NCBI GenBank assembly: GCA_951406725.2
Contig: OX597829.1
Location: 24,924,001-24,988,000 of the forward strand
Source: Octopus vulgaris
Taxonomy: Eukaryota
DNA: 64,000 bases
Direction: 5' to 3'
This document shows, in pieces, positions 11,401 through 24,012 of this stretch. Each line of letters starts with the position of its first letter. Position 1 is the stretch's first letter. Position numbers and translations under genes: made by a program. The notes under the pieces were generated by a model, which was given only the letters and a program-made list of their open reading frames with translations, ran no database searches and was not told where the DNA came from.

Positions 11401-13487
11401 CATGGGTCACCAAACTATGGCCCACGGGCTGCATCCAGCCCATGCTGTCAATTTGTCTGGCCTGCCGACGTATGCTGAAAAAAATAAACATGCTTTTATA
11501 CTGCTTCTTGCACTTCTTAGATTACACATGTCATATGTATACTGAGTCACGCGCCATATTAATTACTACAGTACTTGCCTGGCCCCCGTGCCGGTGGCAC
11601 GTAGCACCATCCGTTCGTGGCCGTTGCCAGCCTCGCCTGGCCCCCGTGCCGGTGGCACGTAAAAAGCGCCCACTACACTCACGGAATGGTTGGCATTAGG
11701 AAGGGCATCTAGCCGTAGAAACACTGCCAGATCAGACTGGGCCTGATGCAGCCTTCTGGCTTCCCAGACCCCAGTTGAACCGTCCAACCCATGCTAGCAT
11801 GGAAAGCGGACGCTAAATGATGATGATGATGATGATGATGAGTACATCACGTGTGTCTCGGGCTGGTCAGTTATTAGTGATTACAATTAAAATGAGAATA
11901 TCTGATGCTGCTTTTGTTTTTTCTTCACCCATTGTTATAGCTACTAAGTTGAAGAATGTCACATTTTCAATAAATAATGGGGAGAAAAGTACTTCTTTGG
12001 GGAAACAAATGACCAGAAAGCTAGTTGCCTGATATGCAACGAAATTGTTGCTATTATGAAAGAGTATAATATTTGTCGTCACTACAATATGCTAGAAAAT
12101 TGTGGTCCGAGAAATTTGAACCTATGAAATGTAGTTTGGTATTTCAAAGGAATTTCTTTACGAAAATGAATCTATCACTCATGTAAGTTGCAAAATAGTG
12201 AATAAGTTGGCAGAGAGAGGAAAACCATTTACTGATGGAAACTTTATAAAATAGTGCCTGATGGAAGCAGCAAATGACTCGTGTCCTGAAAAAGCTAACA
12301 TGTTTGGCTGTATCAGCCTTTCAGCTAGTTCAGTTGTGTGGAGAATAGAAGAACTTGGAGAGAATACACAGTTACAGATACATGAGAAAGCTAAGAAATT
12401 TTTGTGGTATTCTCTTGTAAAGGATGAGTCTACTGATCTCTCTAGTACATCACAACGTCTTGAGTTCATTCGTATTGTTAATTGCAACTTTGAGATTATA
12501 GAAGCAATGGGTGATTCACAGCTGTAAGATCCTTCATGATTATCAAAGTTGTCATTTTTAGTTGACGTCACTTCTCATATGAATGAAATGAATTCAAAAC
12601 TGCAAGGAAAGAATAACCTTATCTGTAATCTCTACAGAATTATTACAGCATTTCGAGGAAAGCTATCATTGTTTGAAGCACAATTTGAAGGAGGAAACCT
12701 CTCTCATTTTCAGTTTTTTCAAGAGTTTTACACAGAAAATATGGAACATGTTAACCTCGAGTTTCATTAAAAAAATTATTTGGGTCTTTTTTCTCAAAGG
12801 TTTTCAGAGCTTGACAGAATTGAGAAAGAAATTCTTTTGTTTGAGAATCACTTTGGCTGTAATCTTGGTAACATGCCAACTGAACTACAACTGGAGCTTA
12901 TTGACTTGCAAGCTAATACCTTGTTGAAAGAGAAGCACAGAGAAGGAAAGCTCATTGAATTTTATCACTGCTTGACTGCTGATGAGTTTTCAAAATTGAA
13001 GAAATTTGCCTCAGGTATGGCATTAGTTTTTGGAACAACCTATGTTTGTGAACAAATTTTTTCAAAAACGAAGTGTGTTAAGTCAATACATTGAACAAAG
13101 CTCACTGACGAACGATTTGAAAGTAATTCTTATAGTTGGCTGCAGCAATCATAAAGCAAATGTGGATGATATTTTGGAAGCAAAACGGCAGTTTCACAAA
13201 TCTCATTAAGTTTTGTGCTGCTTATTTTTTATGCAATTCAGCTATGTGCACACTTTTTCTAAAAATTCTAACTTGTTAACATTTTGGTATTATTAAAATA
13301 TGTTTATTGTTTTTATTATTTTCTGTATTTTATGTATTGATAAATAAATAGGATGACTGTCTTTATTTTTTGTGTACATTCAGTGTATTCTATTTTGTAC
13401 TGAATTGAGCAAAATATTTATCCAGTTTGTGCTTGGCATTCTTTTAGCTATGTCTGGCCCACTAAGAAAAAGTTTGGTGACCCCCAA
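11401..13487 (+). mobile_element. hAT DNA transposon (SPIN/GTF2IRD2-like), internally deleted, both TIRs present
   Basis: TIRs catgggtcaccaaact and agtttggtgacccc; 8-bp TSD gttttact/gtttaact. Transposase remnants: 'KPFTDG.FIK.CL', 'DESTD', 'FLVDVTSHMNEMNSKLQGK', 'ELQLELIDLQ', 'FGTTYVCEQIFSK'. Confidence 0.9.
11575..11840 (+). mobile_element. RTE-3'-end element with (ATG)n tail nested in the hAT element
   Basis: Homologous to 4575-4920. Confidence 0.85.
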
Positions 13488-14329
13488 GTTTAACTAATTA
13501 AAAACCACCAGTCACAAGGCATGATGAGGTTTATGTGAACTTGTCCGTTTTTTTGCTATATTTTGCAATTAAAATAAATGGAGGCAAACAATTGATTTCA
13601 TCACTACAGGATCACGATTGATGTTGTTACCAATTCGCATACACTCTGCTGTTGGTTGTGTTTCTGCTGTGATGAGATATAAATTCACAGTTTATGGCTA
13701 TTTGATCCTTGTTCTTATACCTGTGCTTAAGAAATTACAAAACTTGACAGATCCTTTGAGAGGGGATGGGCATTGGAGGAAGTGATCTTGTGTCAGATGA
13801 TCAAAGGTTATTGTGAGATAGACAGAAACAGGTGTCTTGCTACAGAGAAAGAGAAAGAGGGAGGGAGAGAGAGAGAGAGAGGGAGCTGTAAAGGAGATAC
13901 ATGGTTACCCAACCCAAGAGAAAAGCAGGAGAGGGAGAGAGAAAGAGTGCAAGAGAGGGAGCAGAAGAGAAAAGTGCTGGGCATACTCACAAGAGACAGG
14001 GATCAGAATATACATGGGATGGTTGAGTAAAAGGAGAGGTCATAAATTAAGTGGTACAGCATTGCCAAAGAAGCGTGAGTAGAGAGCGGGGGAGGGGAAT
14101 GCAGTGAGTGGTGAAAATCTGGGTATATATAAAGGAGGTTGGGTGCTACTGGATAGCAATGATACAGTGAACTGGGCCATGAGGACAAGATTGGGGAGTT
14201 GAAGATAAGCATAGTGCACGAAAGAGGAGATGTGAGGAAGAGAAAAGATGTAGTTTGGTTTGTTGGGATAGGGTGTGTGAAAAGTTTTCTTGTTACATGT
14301 AGGTGGAACACACAGCACTTCTAGAACTG

Positions 14330-15470
14330 ATGTGGGTACATCTCAAGAACCTCACATTGCCAGACATCTCAGTCCCTTGCCATTTTCTCCATGAGGCTCA
14401 ACATCCTGAGGTCAGTCCTTACCACTTCATCCCATGTCTTCCTGGGTTTCCCTCTTCCAGGGGTACCATCTACATTCAGTAATCAGCACTTCTTTATACA
14501 GCTGTCTTCATTCATACACATCACATGTCCAAACCAACATAATCTTCTCTCTTGCATGATGCATTCAATTCCTTTTATGCCCAACTTTTCTCTCAATACG
14601 CTTGCACTTTGTCATAGATGCACACTGATGTTGCACATCCACCGATGCATACTGCCTTCACACACAAACATCATACAGTCTACTTTCACACTGCTAATTT
14701 GGTCTCCTAGTTAACAGAAACTATCTACAACCTCAAGAGATTCTCCTGGATATTTGAGAATCTAAGTCCTGTGTGCTTATTGTTCCTGCACATCTGCCAC
14801 ACATGAAGACAACTTTATCTGTTGATTTACCTGTGATTCCACTGCACCTCTTGTGTCCATAGCTTACACTGGGTGTGGCAAATGGAATTACTTCCAACTG
14901 TTTCCCTACATATTGAGCAGGGCCATTTACCTGACGGAAAGAGAGTCTTAACTTTGGTCTTTGTTAAGTTAGCTTTAAAGTCCTTTGATTCCAGGTTTTG
15001 CTTCCATACCTGGAATTTGTTCTCCATTTCTGCTACAGATTCTGCAATAAGATTGAGGTCATAAGCATATAGCAGTTCCTATGGGTATCCATTTTTGAAT
15101 TCCTGTTATAGACTAGAGGACTATAATGAATAAGAGTGGGCTGAGTACTGAACCCTAAACTGTACACTAAATTCATCACTATATTTGTGGCCGACTCTCA
15201 CCTTACTGACAGCACCACTGAATATGGCTTGTACAGTTCTAACAAGTCACTCCTCTATTCCTAACTTCCTTAGAGACCATCAGATAACAGAGCAGGGGAC
15301 TCTGTCGAAAGTTAAGTACAATGGCTTATTTTTAGCCAAATACTTTTCCTGCAACTGTCTCACTAGGAAGATGGCATCTGTGGTACAAAACTAAACTGCA
15401 TCTCCTCTAGTTTAATTTTATTCCTAATCAATTGAGTTGTAAACCTCTCAATAACTTTCATGACCTCATC
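14330..15470 (-). mobile_element. Degenerate RTE LINE ORF (reverse transcriptase and C-terminus)
   Basis: 'RQLQEKYLAKNKPLY', 'GSVLSPLLF', 'ELLYAYDLNLIAES..EMENKFQVWKQNLESK', 'GKPRKTWDEVV'. Confidence 0.85.
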
Positions 15471-15499
15471 TACAGTATGTATATATATGCATAATCTCT

Positions 15500-15709
15500 C
15501 TTTTTTTACTCTTTTACTGGTTTCAGTCATTTAACTGCGGCCATGCTGGAGCACCGTCTTTAGTTGAGCAAATTGACCCCAGGACTTATTCTTTGTAAGC
15601 CTAATACTTATTCTATTAGTCTCTTTTGCCGAACGGCTAAGTTACAGGGATGAAAATACACCAGCATTGGTTGTCAAGCAGTGTTGGGGAGACAAACACA
15701 TACACACAA

Positions 15710-15767
<58 letters not shown>

Positions 15768-16240
15768 TATATATGTATATATACATTTTGTCTGATTGCC
15801 AGCTTCGTCTGGTCTCCGTGCCGGTGGCACGTAAAAAGCACCATCCGATCGTGGCCGTTTGCCAGCCTTGTCTGGCACCTGTGCAGGTGGCATGTAAAAA
15901 GCACCCAGTACACTCACAGAGTGGTTGGCGTTAGGAAGGGCATCCAGCTGTAGAAACACTGCCAGATCAGACTGGGCCTGGTGCAGCCTTCTGGCTTTCC
16001 AGACCCCAGTTGAACCGTCCAATCCATGCTAGCATGGAAAGCGGACGTTAAACAACGATGATGACGATGATACGACGGGCTTCTTTCAGTTTCAGTCTAC
16101 CAAATCCACTCACAAGGCTTTGGTTGGCCCAAGGCTATAGTGGAAGACATTTGCCCAAGGTGCCATGTAGTGGTAATGAACCCAGAACCATGTGGTTGGT
16201 AAGCAAGCTCCTTACCACACAGTCACTCCTACACCTATGT
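15500..16240 (-). mobile_element. SINE (6997 family) with an RTE-3'-end element (about 15795-16070, +) inserted in its microsatellite
   Basis: Both halves of the SINE flank the (TA)n run and the inserted element. Confidence 0.85.
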
Positions 16241-16414
16241 ATATGTGTGTATGGTAGCTAATGACCACATATGCTCAAAATCCCCATTTTGGAAATGACT
16301 ACCCAAAACACGATTATGAGGTAATCTTCTAAACTATGAATGTCTGAATATTTTCTTTTGACAAATTTACTTTTCTAGTTTCCCTATTGCCATAAGCAGC
16401 AGTTTTATTTACCT

Positions 16415-16735
16415 AACTGCGTGTAGGTACCACTGTGGTTGTTTCTTTATTGCTCACAAGTGGCCAGGTACCAGTGTGGTATAGGTCACTGTACTCTGTC
16501 CATGACCAACATACTTAACTGTCAGCACTCCAGCCTACCTAGCTATAAGTAGATACCACAGTGTGATATAGTTCACTGTACTGTGTCCATGACCAACACA
16601 ATGCTCAACAGCCCAGTCTACCAAGCTGTAAATAGATAGTATTGTTTAGTTCACTGTACTGTTTCCTTGATCAACTCACTGTCAACAGCTCAGGCTATCT
16701 ACCTGCAAATAGGTACTACACTGTGGGATAGTTTC
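16415..16735. repeat. Degenerate tandem repeat, about 80-87 bp unit, 3-4 copies
   Basis: Core tcactgtact.t.tcc.tga.caac recurs at about 16486, 16573 and 16651. Confidence 0.75.
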
Positions 16736-17744
16736 CCCAAATGATATGAAACGTTTATCGCCCTCATAAAAGCAAGTCACTTGCATCAGCCTGTTTTCCT
16801 GGATAATATTCATATATCTTGCTTAATAACGAGGAAACCAAAGCTAACTTCCGTCTGGTGATTCAGGTACAGTTTATATTCTGTCGATTTTTACAAGGAT
16901 GAGAGATAAAATCAGTTCATCACAAACTGGTATACTCTCGGACAGGAATCCACAGAATATTTAACCCTGCAATCTATGACTGTTGTCCCGAGTCAATGAG
17001 GGACCCTCTACATGTTCGTTCGAGGTGAAAGAAATAGCAGCCAGATCGCGTTCATAATATACTCTTACATCTTTAGAAAAAAAAAAAAACTCATTGGATT
17101 ATGTCAAGCCGGAGGGACACTACCGGGAAAAAATATGTAACACTCCATGCTAGGAATACCTTTGATCGATCAGAGCTGACTTAAAGTTGAAGAACAGCAG
17201 TAACTGTAATAATCTCTATCGATCGTTTGTTCATAGTAATAATCAATCAATCAATATACCCGGGGTTGAGGGGTATCAGAAGACAGAAAAGACATAAACT
17301 CCTCCATTTCCTAGACATGCTACAAACCGCCAACTTTTATACTATATCCTCGGCCCATTCCTCAATGTTATTCAACCACCCATTTCTATAGTAGTAATAT
17401 ACATGAATGGATTGTTTTATTAATGAAAAAACATTTGTAATGTTTTGATTGAATCTGTCTAATATACGATGATTCACTTCTCAAGACAGAACAATCTACT
17501 ACAAAAATCGGAGAAAACAATAAGAGAGTATTGAGGATTTTAAATGAAGCACTATATTTGGTCACATAGAATTTTTTCTTCAAGTCAAATATTTCAAGCT
17601 AATCTAATAGATTTTCAATAGCTTTCATTTCTTAAAATAAAACACAATGTAAATATCGAAAAAAAATAAAGAAAAAGAAAGAGAGCGTGAAACCTTATAG
17701 CATTAACAAATAACTCAGCAGCACGTTAATTGGGTTCGTTAATT

Positions 17745-17824
17745 GAAGCAGTGCTCGCGCATGCGTCAATATATAGCGCCAGAATTCTAACGGAGTCTCT
17801 GTTTTTGCATTCGCGACCGCAAGA
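17745..17824 (+). promoter_or_regulatory. Putative promoter and 5'UTR of the membrane-protein gene
   Basis: Locally CpG-rich. NRF1-like GCGCATGCG at 17757-17765 and TATATA at about 17770, roughly 55 nt upstream of the ATG. Confidence 0.5.
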
Positions 17825-17995
17825 ATGGATTTCAATTTAACTACTTTCGATTATGTCCGAATAATTGCTATGCCATTCATTTTTTCGCCAGCATTATTTC
17901 TATCAGTAAAAACATGGCTGTTGGCTGATATGTTGATTGAATTTTTTCTAGGAATATTTGCTCTGTTATTCCCGAACGAGTTTCTTCGCAGACAG
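17825..17995 (+). CDS. Multi-pass membrane protein (299 aa, TP53I11-like tandem domain suspected), exon 1
   Basis: ATG in AGAATGG context; 57 hydrophobic codons MDFNLTT...LLFPNEFLRRQ; donor CAG|gttagt. Confidence 0.8.
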
Positions 17996-20451
17996 GTTAG
18001 TAATTGCCAAAAATAATGCCTTTTTAAATAACTATTTATTGCTGTGAAATTAATAATTTTTTATTATTTCTAAAAAGATCTAATTAAGGAATAAGATACT
18101 AAAACTTTCTTAGAGTTATTCATGTTTTACCTGTAGAATTCCGAAGAACCTTTCCTAGAAATAATGTTATTCTTAAGAGTCTTCATCATTTGGAAATGCT
18201 TATTTTTTTAAAAAAAACAAAAAACTTCTTGATATAATAAAGATGTTAAATTAGTTTTGATATAATCTTTCTTTGTTGCAAAGTTTGAAGTACCCTTTCA
18301 CACTTAAAATGCCTGTCGTAAGAAATTCTAAATTTCCACCCGCAACGACACCCGGTTAATGAAGTTGGTGTGTATTTGTTCTTATTTAATGTAAATAAGG
18401 AGATTCACATGTCAAATTTATCGTTAATACCTTTTTGATCATCTCCATTAAGGCTCAAAAAGTCCGGGATGTGTTTATATCGTAACTATCTGTAAATAAC
18501 GGGCTTCCTGGAATAAATACATTCTTTACAGGTACAATTTCAGTTCAAATTTTGTGCGCTCCAATATCCTAATGTAGTATAATAGCTATTTCGAAAATCT
18601 ATTTACTTTTTAATTAGGATTTCGAGTACGTGATCACACGGACATTTAGTTATACACAGATATAAGTGAAAATTAAAATGAAGAGCCGAAAAGCAGCGCA
18701 GGGATAACTTTGTGTGTGTGTTTGTGTATGTGTGTGTGATTTTAGAAGTTTATAAAAGACATCAAGAATTATTTTATTAACACATTTCTGAAGTATTCTA
18801 TTTAGTTGCTCTTACTTAGGTTTGTTTGGGAATAATATACTTTATAAATGGATTTTAAACTTACTTGTACTCGATTTCAGATATTAAAGGATTTGCTCGC
18901 TATTGCGATTCTTTTTTTCTTTTCCTTTTCAATTGTGTTCTCTGTTTTGTCCAATTTTCTAATTTAATTTTATAAAACGGTAAACACTGACGTTACAATA
19001 AGAACAGTAATAAACGAGTCCTTAAACGGGAGGAAAAATAAGGAAGTAAAATGAAAGTCAAAACAAAAACACCCGGGTAATATTGTAAACATTAACCAAA
19101 ATTATTTTGGCATCACATCCTAGTTTAAGTCATATTATAAGATTTGTGCTTGATAAAGAAATACATTTCGAATTCTTAAACATTTCACTTACGAGAATCT
19201 CCCAATTATATATTGCCTGATTTAAAAAATTTTTTTAAACACAGTTTCATTTGAAAATATGAAAATTTAGAATTTATTTTTCAACGTTATTTACTGAAAG
19301 TCCCGCAATTTTTGTAAGAAGTTTCCATAGAGATGTTAATGAATTTGCTAGGAAGATGTTGCAATAGCAATATCGTCCTAACATTGAAATAAATTTTCAT
19401 CTCCAAAACGACGATGTACTTTAATTTAAAACTATTCCCATTATAGAAACTATTGCCCCTCCTGGAGCCTTAGGCCATTGATGATATTTATTTTCTAATC
19501 CGAAGAACTGAGATCGGTATATCACAAGTTATGAAGAAACAAAGTCGAGAAGGGAAGAAGGCACACTTGTGGTTATAACTTGAGATTTGCTTTCGTTTCT
19601 TTGTTGATGTTTATGTAGCGGGTGTATGTTTTTTTACGAGAAAAGGGTATTTAATCCCACCTCAGATCCGAACCCTGTACAAGCCGAGACATATCTTTCG
19701 ACTGCTTTTTACCCTTAAACTTGTCCGGCTTGATTGGATCTGCGAGGGATGCGATGTAAATCTCGGGATAATAAAGGTACGGAATACTTCATCATGGTAG
19801 GGTGACAGTCTGAAAAGGACATACAAACAATATTTTCTTTTACTTGTTTGCCATGTGATTGTAGCCATTTGGAGAACCGCTTTTAAGGGTTTTTAAATCG
19901 ACCCCAGGACTTATTCTATTGATCTCTAAGTTACGAGGACGTATACACACCAGCATCGGTTGTCAAGTGATGGTTGGGTAACAAATAGGCACAAAGACAC
20001 CTCAGCTAAAATCTAAAGTTTTATACTAAAATGTTTTAGAAATCTTCACTATCTCCACCATCGCCTCTTCAAGCATTTTACGTTTCCCGAAAGCCGAATC
20101 TATTAACATTATTACTCGCCGAGGTCGAGTTTGCCATTCATCCTTTCGGGATCGATAAATTAAGTACTAGTCAAGTACTGGGGTCGATGTGATCGACTAT
20201 CCACCTCTTCTCAAATTCCAGGTCTTGTGCCTATAGTAGAAAGGATTATTTTGCTTTGGGAATAATTTAGTGCAAAGTATTTTTTAAAGATCGTTGTTTG
20301 AAGCCGGAACTCCAATATTAAACCTCTTTATTTCTGAAACTACTTGTCCATTTCATTTCACATTCAATAGGAGAATAATTCCATTCAAAACGAGAATAAT
20401 TAAGGACTAAGAAATTCAGATTCAATATGGAATAATTTCATTCAAAATGTG

Positions 20452-20529
20452 GGCGAAAGTAAAGAATACGCACACCCGGTATTTAGGAGTTAGGATTACG
20501 CCGAAAACGAGTGGTGTGCGTATTCCGCC
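20452..20529. mobile_element. 78-bp GG-ended mini inverted-repeat element
   Basis: ggcg...gaatacgcacacc / ggtgtgcgtattccgcc, flanked by aaaatgtg and aaaatgag (8-bp TSD, 1 mismatch). Confidence 0.65.
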
Positions 20530-20910
20530 AAAATGAGAATATTAATGCGTGGTTATCTGACTTGGAACTACAGCCGCCGATGCTTAGAGAGAGAGAGAAA
20601 TTTTAAAGGGGAGGGGGCGCGTGAATATTGTCTTTGAGGGGAGAGAACTGCCTCTGGAATCGTATCTCATTTTTTTCCCACCCTTATCTTGAGGTATTTT
20701 TGTGTGTGAAAGAGTGTGGTGTTTCCTTAAAGACCATTTATTGGATACTCTCAGTAGTCATGTAAAAAAAAGTTGTAATAATAGTTCGATTTGAATTATT
20801 CTTTCTTAATCGATCTGCACTGTGCCTAGAAAATCAAAAGAGCAAATATATTTGTGGAGAGAGGGAAAAAATAATACATTTTAACTGTATACCGCAATGG
20901 TGGTGATTGG

Positions 20911-21379
20911 GGAAGACTTCCTCCCCTCCCCCCATTTTCTCGCAATTTTTTCCCCCCAAAACCCCCGTTTTCGGATGCAGAGATCCCCTTCTCACTACCC
21001 TCACCCCAATTCTTCATTTTTCACTTTTTTTTCCAAACCGTAACCGTTTAACCCTAACTAGAAAAGTTTTTGGAAATTTTTTTCTGAATCATAATCTCTA
21101 TTTTTCCGCATGTATTTGAAAAAAAAATTTTTTTCTTTTCAGAAAAAAATTTTGGGTAATTCTTTTTAGAATCATAATCTCCGTATTTTCTCACATATTT
21201 TGAAAAAAAAAAAGTTAAAAATGAAGAAATTAGGGGTGGGGTTTTCAAAATGCCAATTTTTGCCTGTTTTTTTGCAGATTCGTATTCTCTATAGCCGAAA
21301 ACGGGGGTTGTGTAGAAAAAAATAATTAATTAAAAAAAAAGGGGGGGGGGTGACGGGGGGTACAAAAGGAAGTCTTGCC
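20911..21379. mobile_element. GG-ended MITE (Merlin-like) inserted in the Tc1 transposase N-terminus
   Basis: TIR ggaagacttcc / ggaagtcttgcc and perfect 8-bp TSD gtgattgg. Removing it restores the reading 'TVYRNGGDWRRLATELNVP'. Confidence 0.85.
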
Positions 21380-23633
21380 GTGATTGGAGAAGATTGGCCA
21401 CAGAATTGAACGTACCATAATTGACAGTCGCTGAAGCCGATAAGGAGGATAAAAGAGGTGGTAAAACTTATTTGAAAGTAGTCAGAGCACATGAAAATTA
21501 TTTTACTGAACTAATTGAAAATGATCCTAAAATAACACTTGGTGAAATTTGTAGCACAGTACGGCAGAAATTTGAACTTAATATATATCAAAGCAAACAG
21601 TCGCTAGGCATTTGGATTCATTGATGTACACATTGAAAAATGTAAGAAACGAACCTGAAAGACCGAATTGTCTTGAGAATATATAAAAAAAAAGCGTAGA
21701 AATTTTGTCTTAAGTTTGCTCAAATATCAGGCCATAAACAAACCTATTTTGTTTATGGATGAAAGCAATTTTAATATTCATATCTCAAGACGTGAAGGTC
21801 AAGCTTCACGAGGAACAAGATGTACAACAGTTGCAGCTGGTTCAAAAGGAGCAAACGTTCATATTATTTGCTGTATTGGAAACGGTGGTCTTCACTATGA
21901 ATTTAAACAGGGCTCATTTGAAAAAGAGAATGCCAAAGAATAGACGAGGTGTTGTCTAATTAAGGCATTTAGTCGATATGCCAGATCAGTAGCTATGGTA
22001 ATTGATAATGCCCCATGTCGTTCTCAGATGGAGCAAGTTTTTAATGAAGATCAGTTTCCAATGCATGAAGTTTTGCGAGTGGCACCTTACAGCCCCATGT
22101 TCAATCCAATTGAACAAATTTGGTCAATAGTGAAAAGTTATGTCAAATGTGAATTGGCCAATAAACTTCATGATATTTTATCAGTAACACCTAGTGAATT
22201 GACAACTAAAGAGTATAGGCTAAGAGCACTTGAACAAGTGGTTGTTGAAGCAATAGAACAAATAACACCAAATACATGCTCAAATTCTATTGCAAGTATT
22301 CAAGCAAATGTGGATGATGCATTGAATCTCAATGATGTGATATTTTAGTGTTATGTTGAATCAGTTTTGTTGTTATCTACAATGCTTTAATTTTTGTAGT
22401 GTGTAATATGATTTTTGGAAATAAGTAGTAAAGAAATAAACTTAGTGAATAAATTGACTATGAATTGAACAATATAACACAAACATTTGTTTATTATTAT
22501 TAGTGATAAATAACTAACACAAAAATACTGTATATTTTAGATTGCCTTCTTATTTTTGATATTCTCATTTTGATTGGAATTATTCTCATATTGAATGGGA
22601 AATGATGTAGATACCTATCTTGTTCCTTGTTTTCACTATTTGTTTCATTTATATTCCTCAAGATATTTTGAAAATTTTCTCCTACTCAATTGAGAAAGCT
22701 TGAAAGAAAATCTTATCTGATGCTAGACTAAGATAAATTTAGCATGTGTCAATTTAGACTTGTCTGAATGATTACTATTTCTGAGTTTACTTATTTTGAT
22801 GAGTTCCATATTTTACTGTCCAACTTGAATGTTGAGTTGGTGGTACTCCTTACTATTAGAATCTAAAGAAGAATAAGGAGGAGTGTAATTGTAATATAAC
22901 CATTTTTCAAAAGACTAAATGAGAAATTTAGAAACTTCGTTTCAGTAGACTTTTTAGTAAATTATTAATTAAAATGTGTGACATGCAAACAGTTCTTACT
23001 AAGTCATATGGGTGAAATTTGGCGTAGATTATACAAAAACTGATTGGATCAGTTATTTAACTATATTTTTCAGTATTTGAACTGAATGAATAAACAGTAA
23101 TTTTTTTCTTTTAGCTATTTTTTAATTAAAGCAATTTTTATTTACATTGAAGAGATTCTAAATTTCTCATCCGATAGAAGCAGTTTTAAAAAATGGCTTA
23201 ACAGCAGTTACCTCCTCCTGAGTGTTCTGGTGATCCTGACAGCAACACTGATGTCAAAGTTCATGGGTGCCTTTAACTCAGTCCACTCTTGCAAGCATTC
23301 AAATCAAATCCCCAGTCTAACTTACTCCCTTTCTCTCTTACTAATCTCAGATATATTGAAAAAGGTCATTGTCTCTACCCTTATCTCCCTTTCTAATCGA
23401 GTCATATTGATTGTTTAAAAATGAATGAATGACCTAATAGAACAAGTATAGGAACAGACATGCGTAGAACTTGTAAAACCGGCTTTATGTTATGAATATT
23501 TAATATGCTTCGTTGAATCAGCACTTGAAATAGTGAAAGAAAAGAAGACTTTGTATTAAAACTAATGTAGCAGGTAGGGTGAATAGGACGCAATGAGTAA
23601 TGTTGACTTAGAGAAAAATAATTTTTCACATGT

Positions 23634-24012
23634 AGGCGTAGGAGTGGCTGTGTGGTAAGTAGCTTGCTTACAAACTACATGGTTCCGGGTTCAGTCCCAC
23701 TGCGTGGCACCTTGGGCAAGTGTCTTCTATTATAGCCTCAGGCCGACCAAAGCCTTGTGAGTGGATTTGGTAGACGGAAACTGAAAGAAGCCTGTTGTAT
23801 ATATGTGTATATATATATATATATGTGTGTGTTTGTGTGTCTGCCCCCCCCCCCCTAACATCACTTGACAACCGTAACTTAGCAGATCGACAAAAGAGAC
23901 TGATGGAATAAGTACTAGGCTTACGAAGAATAAGTCCTGGGGTCAATTTGCTTGAATAAAGGCAGTGCTCCAGCATGGCCACAGTCAAATGACCGAAACA
24001 AGTAAAAGAGTA
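23634..24012 (+). mobile_element. tRNA-derived SINE (6997 family)
   Basis: Homologous to 6997-7402. Confidence 0.9.

Larger units (their letters stand above)
20353..22605 (+). mobile_element. Tc1/IS630-like DNA transposon with DD35E transposase remnant and TIRs of about 46 bp
   Basis: tcatttcacattcaataggagaataattccattcaaaacgagaata (20353) is inverted at 22560-22605. Catalytic motifs LFMDESNF, VIDNAP and YSPMFNPIE, with 35 residues between the second D and E. Stops and frameshifts are present. Confidence 0.9.

Noticed and set aside
16415-16735. CRISPR-like repeat-spacer array
   Set aside because: The intervening segments are homologous to one another, the repeats are degenerate, there are no cas genes and the context is eukaryotic.
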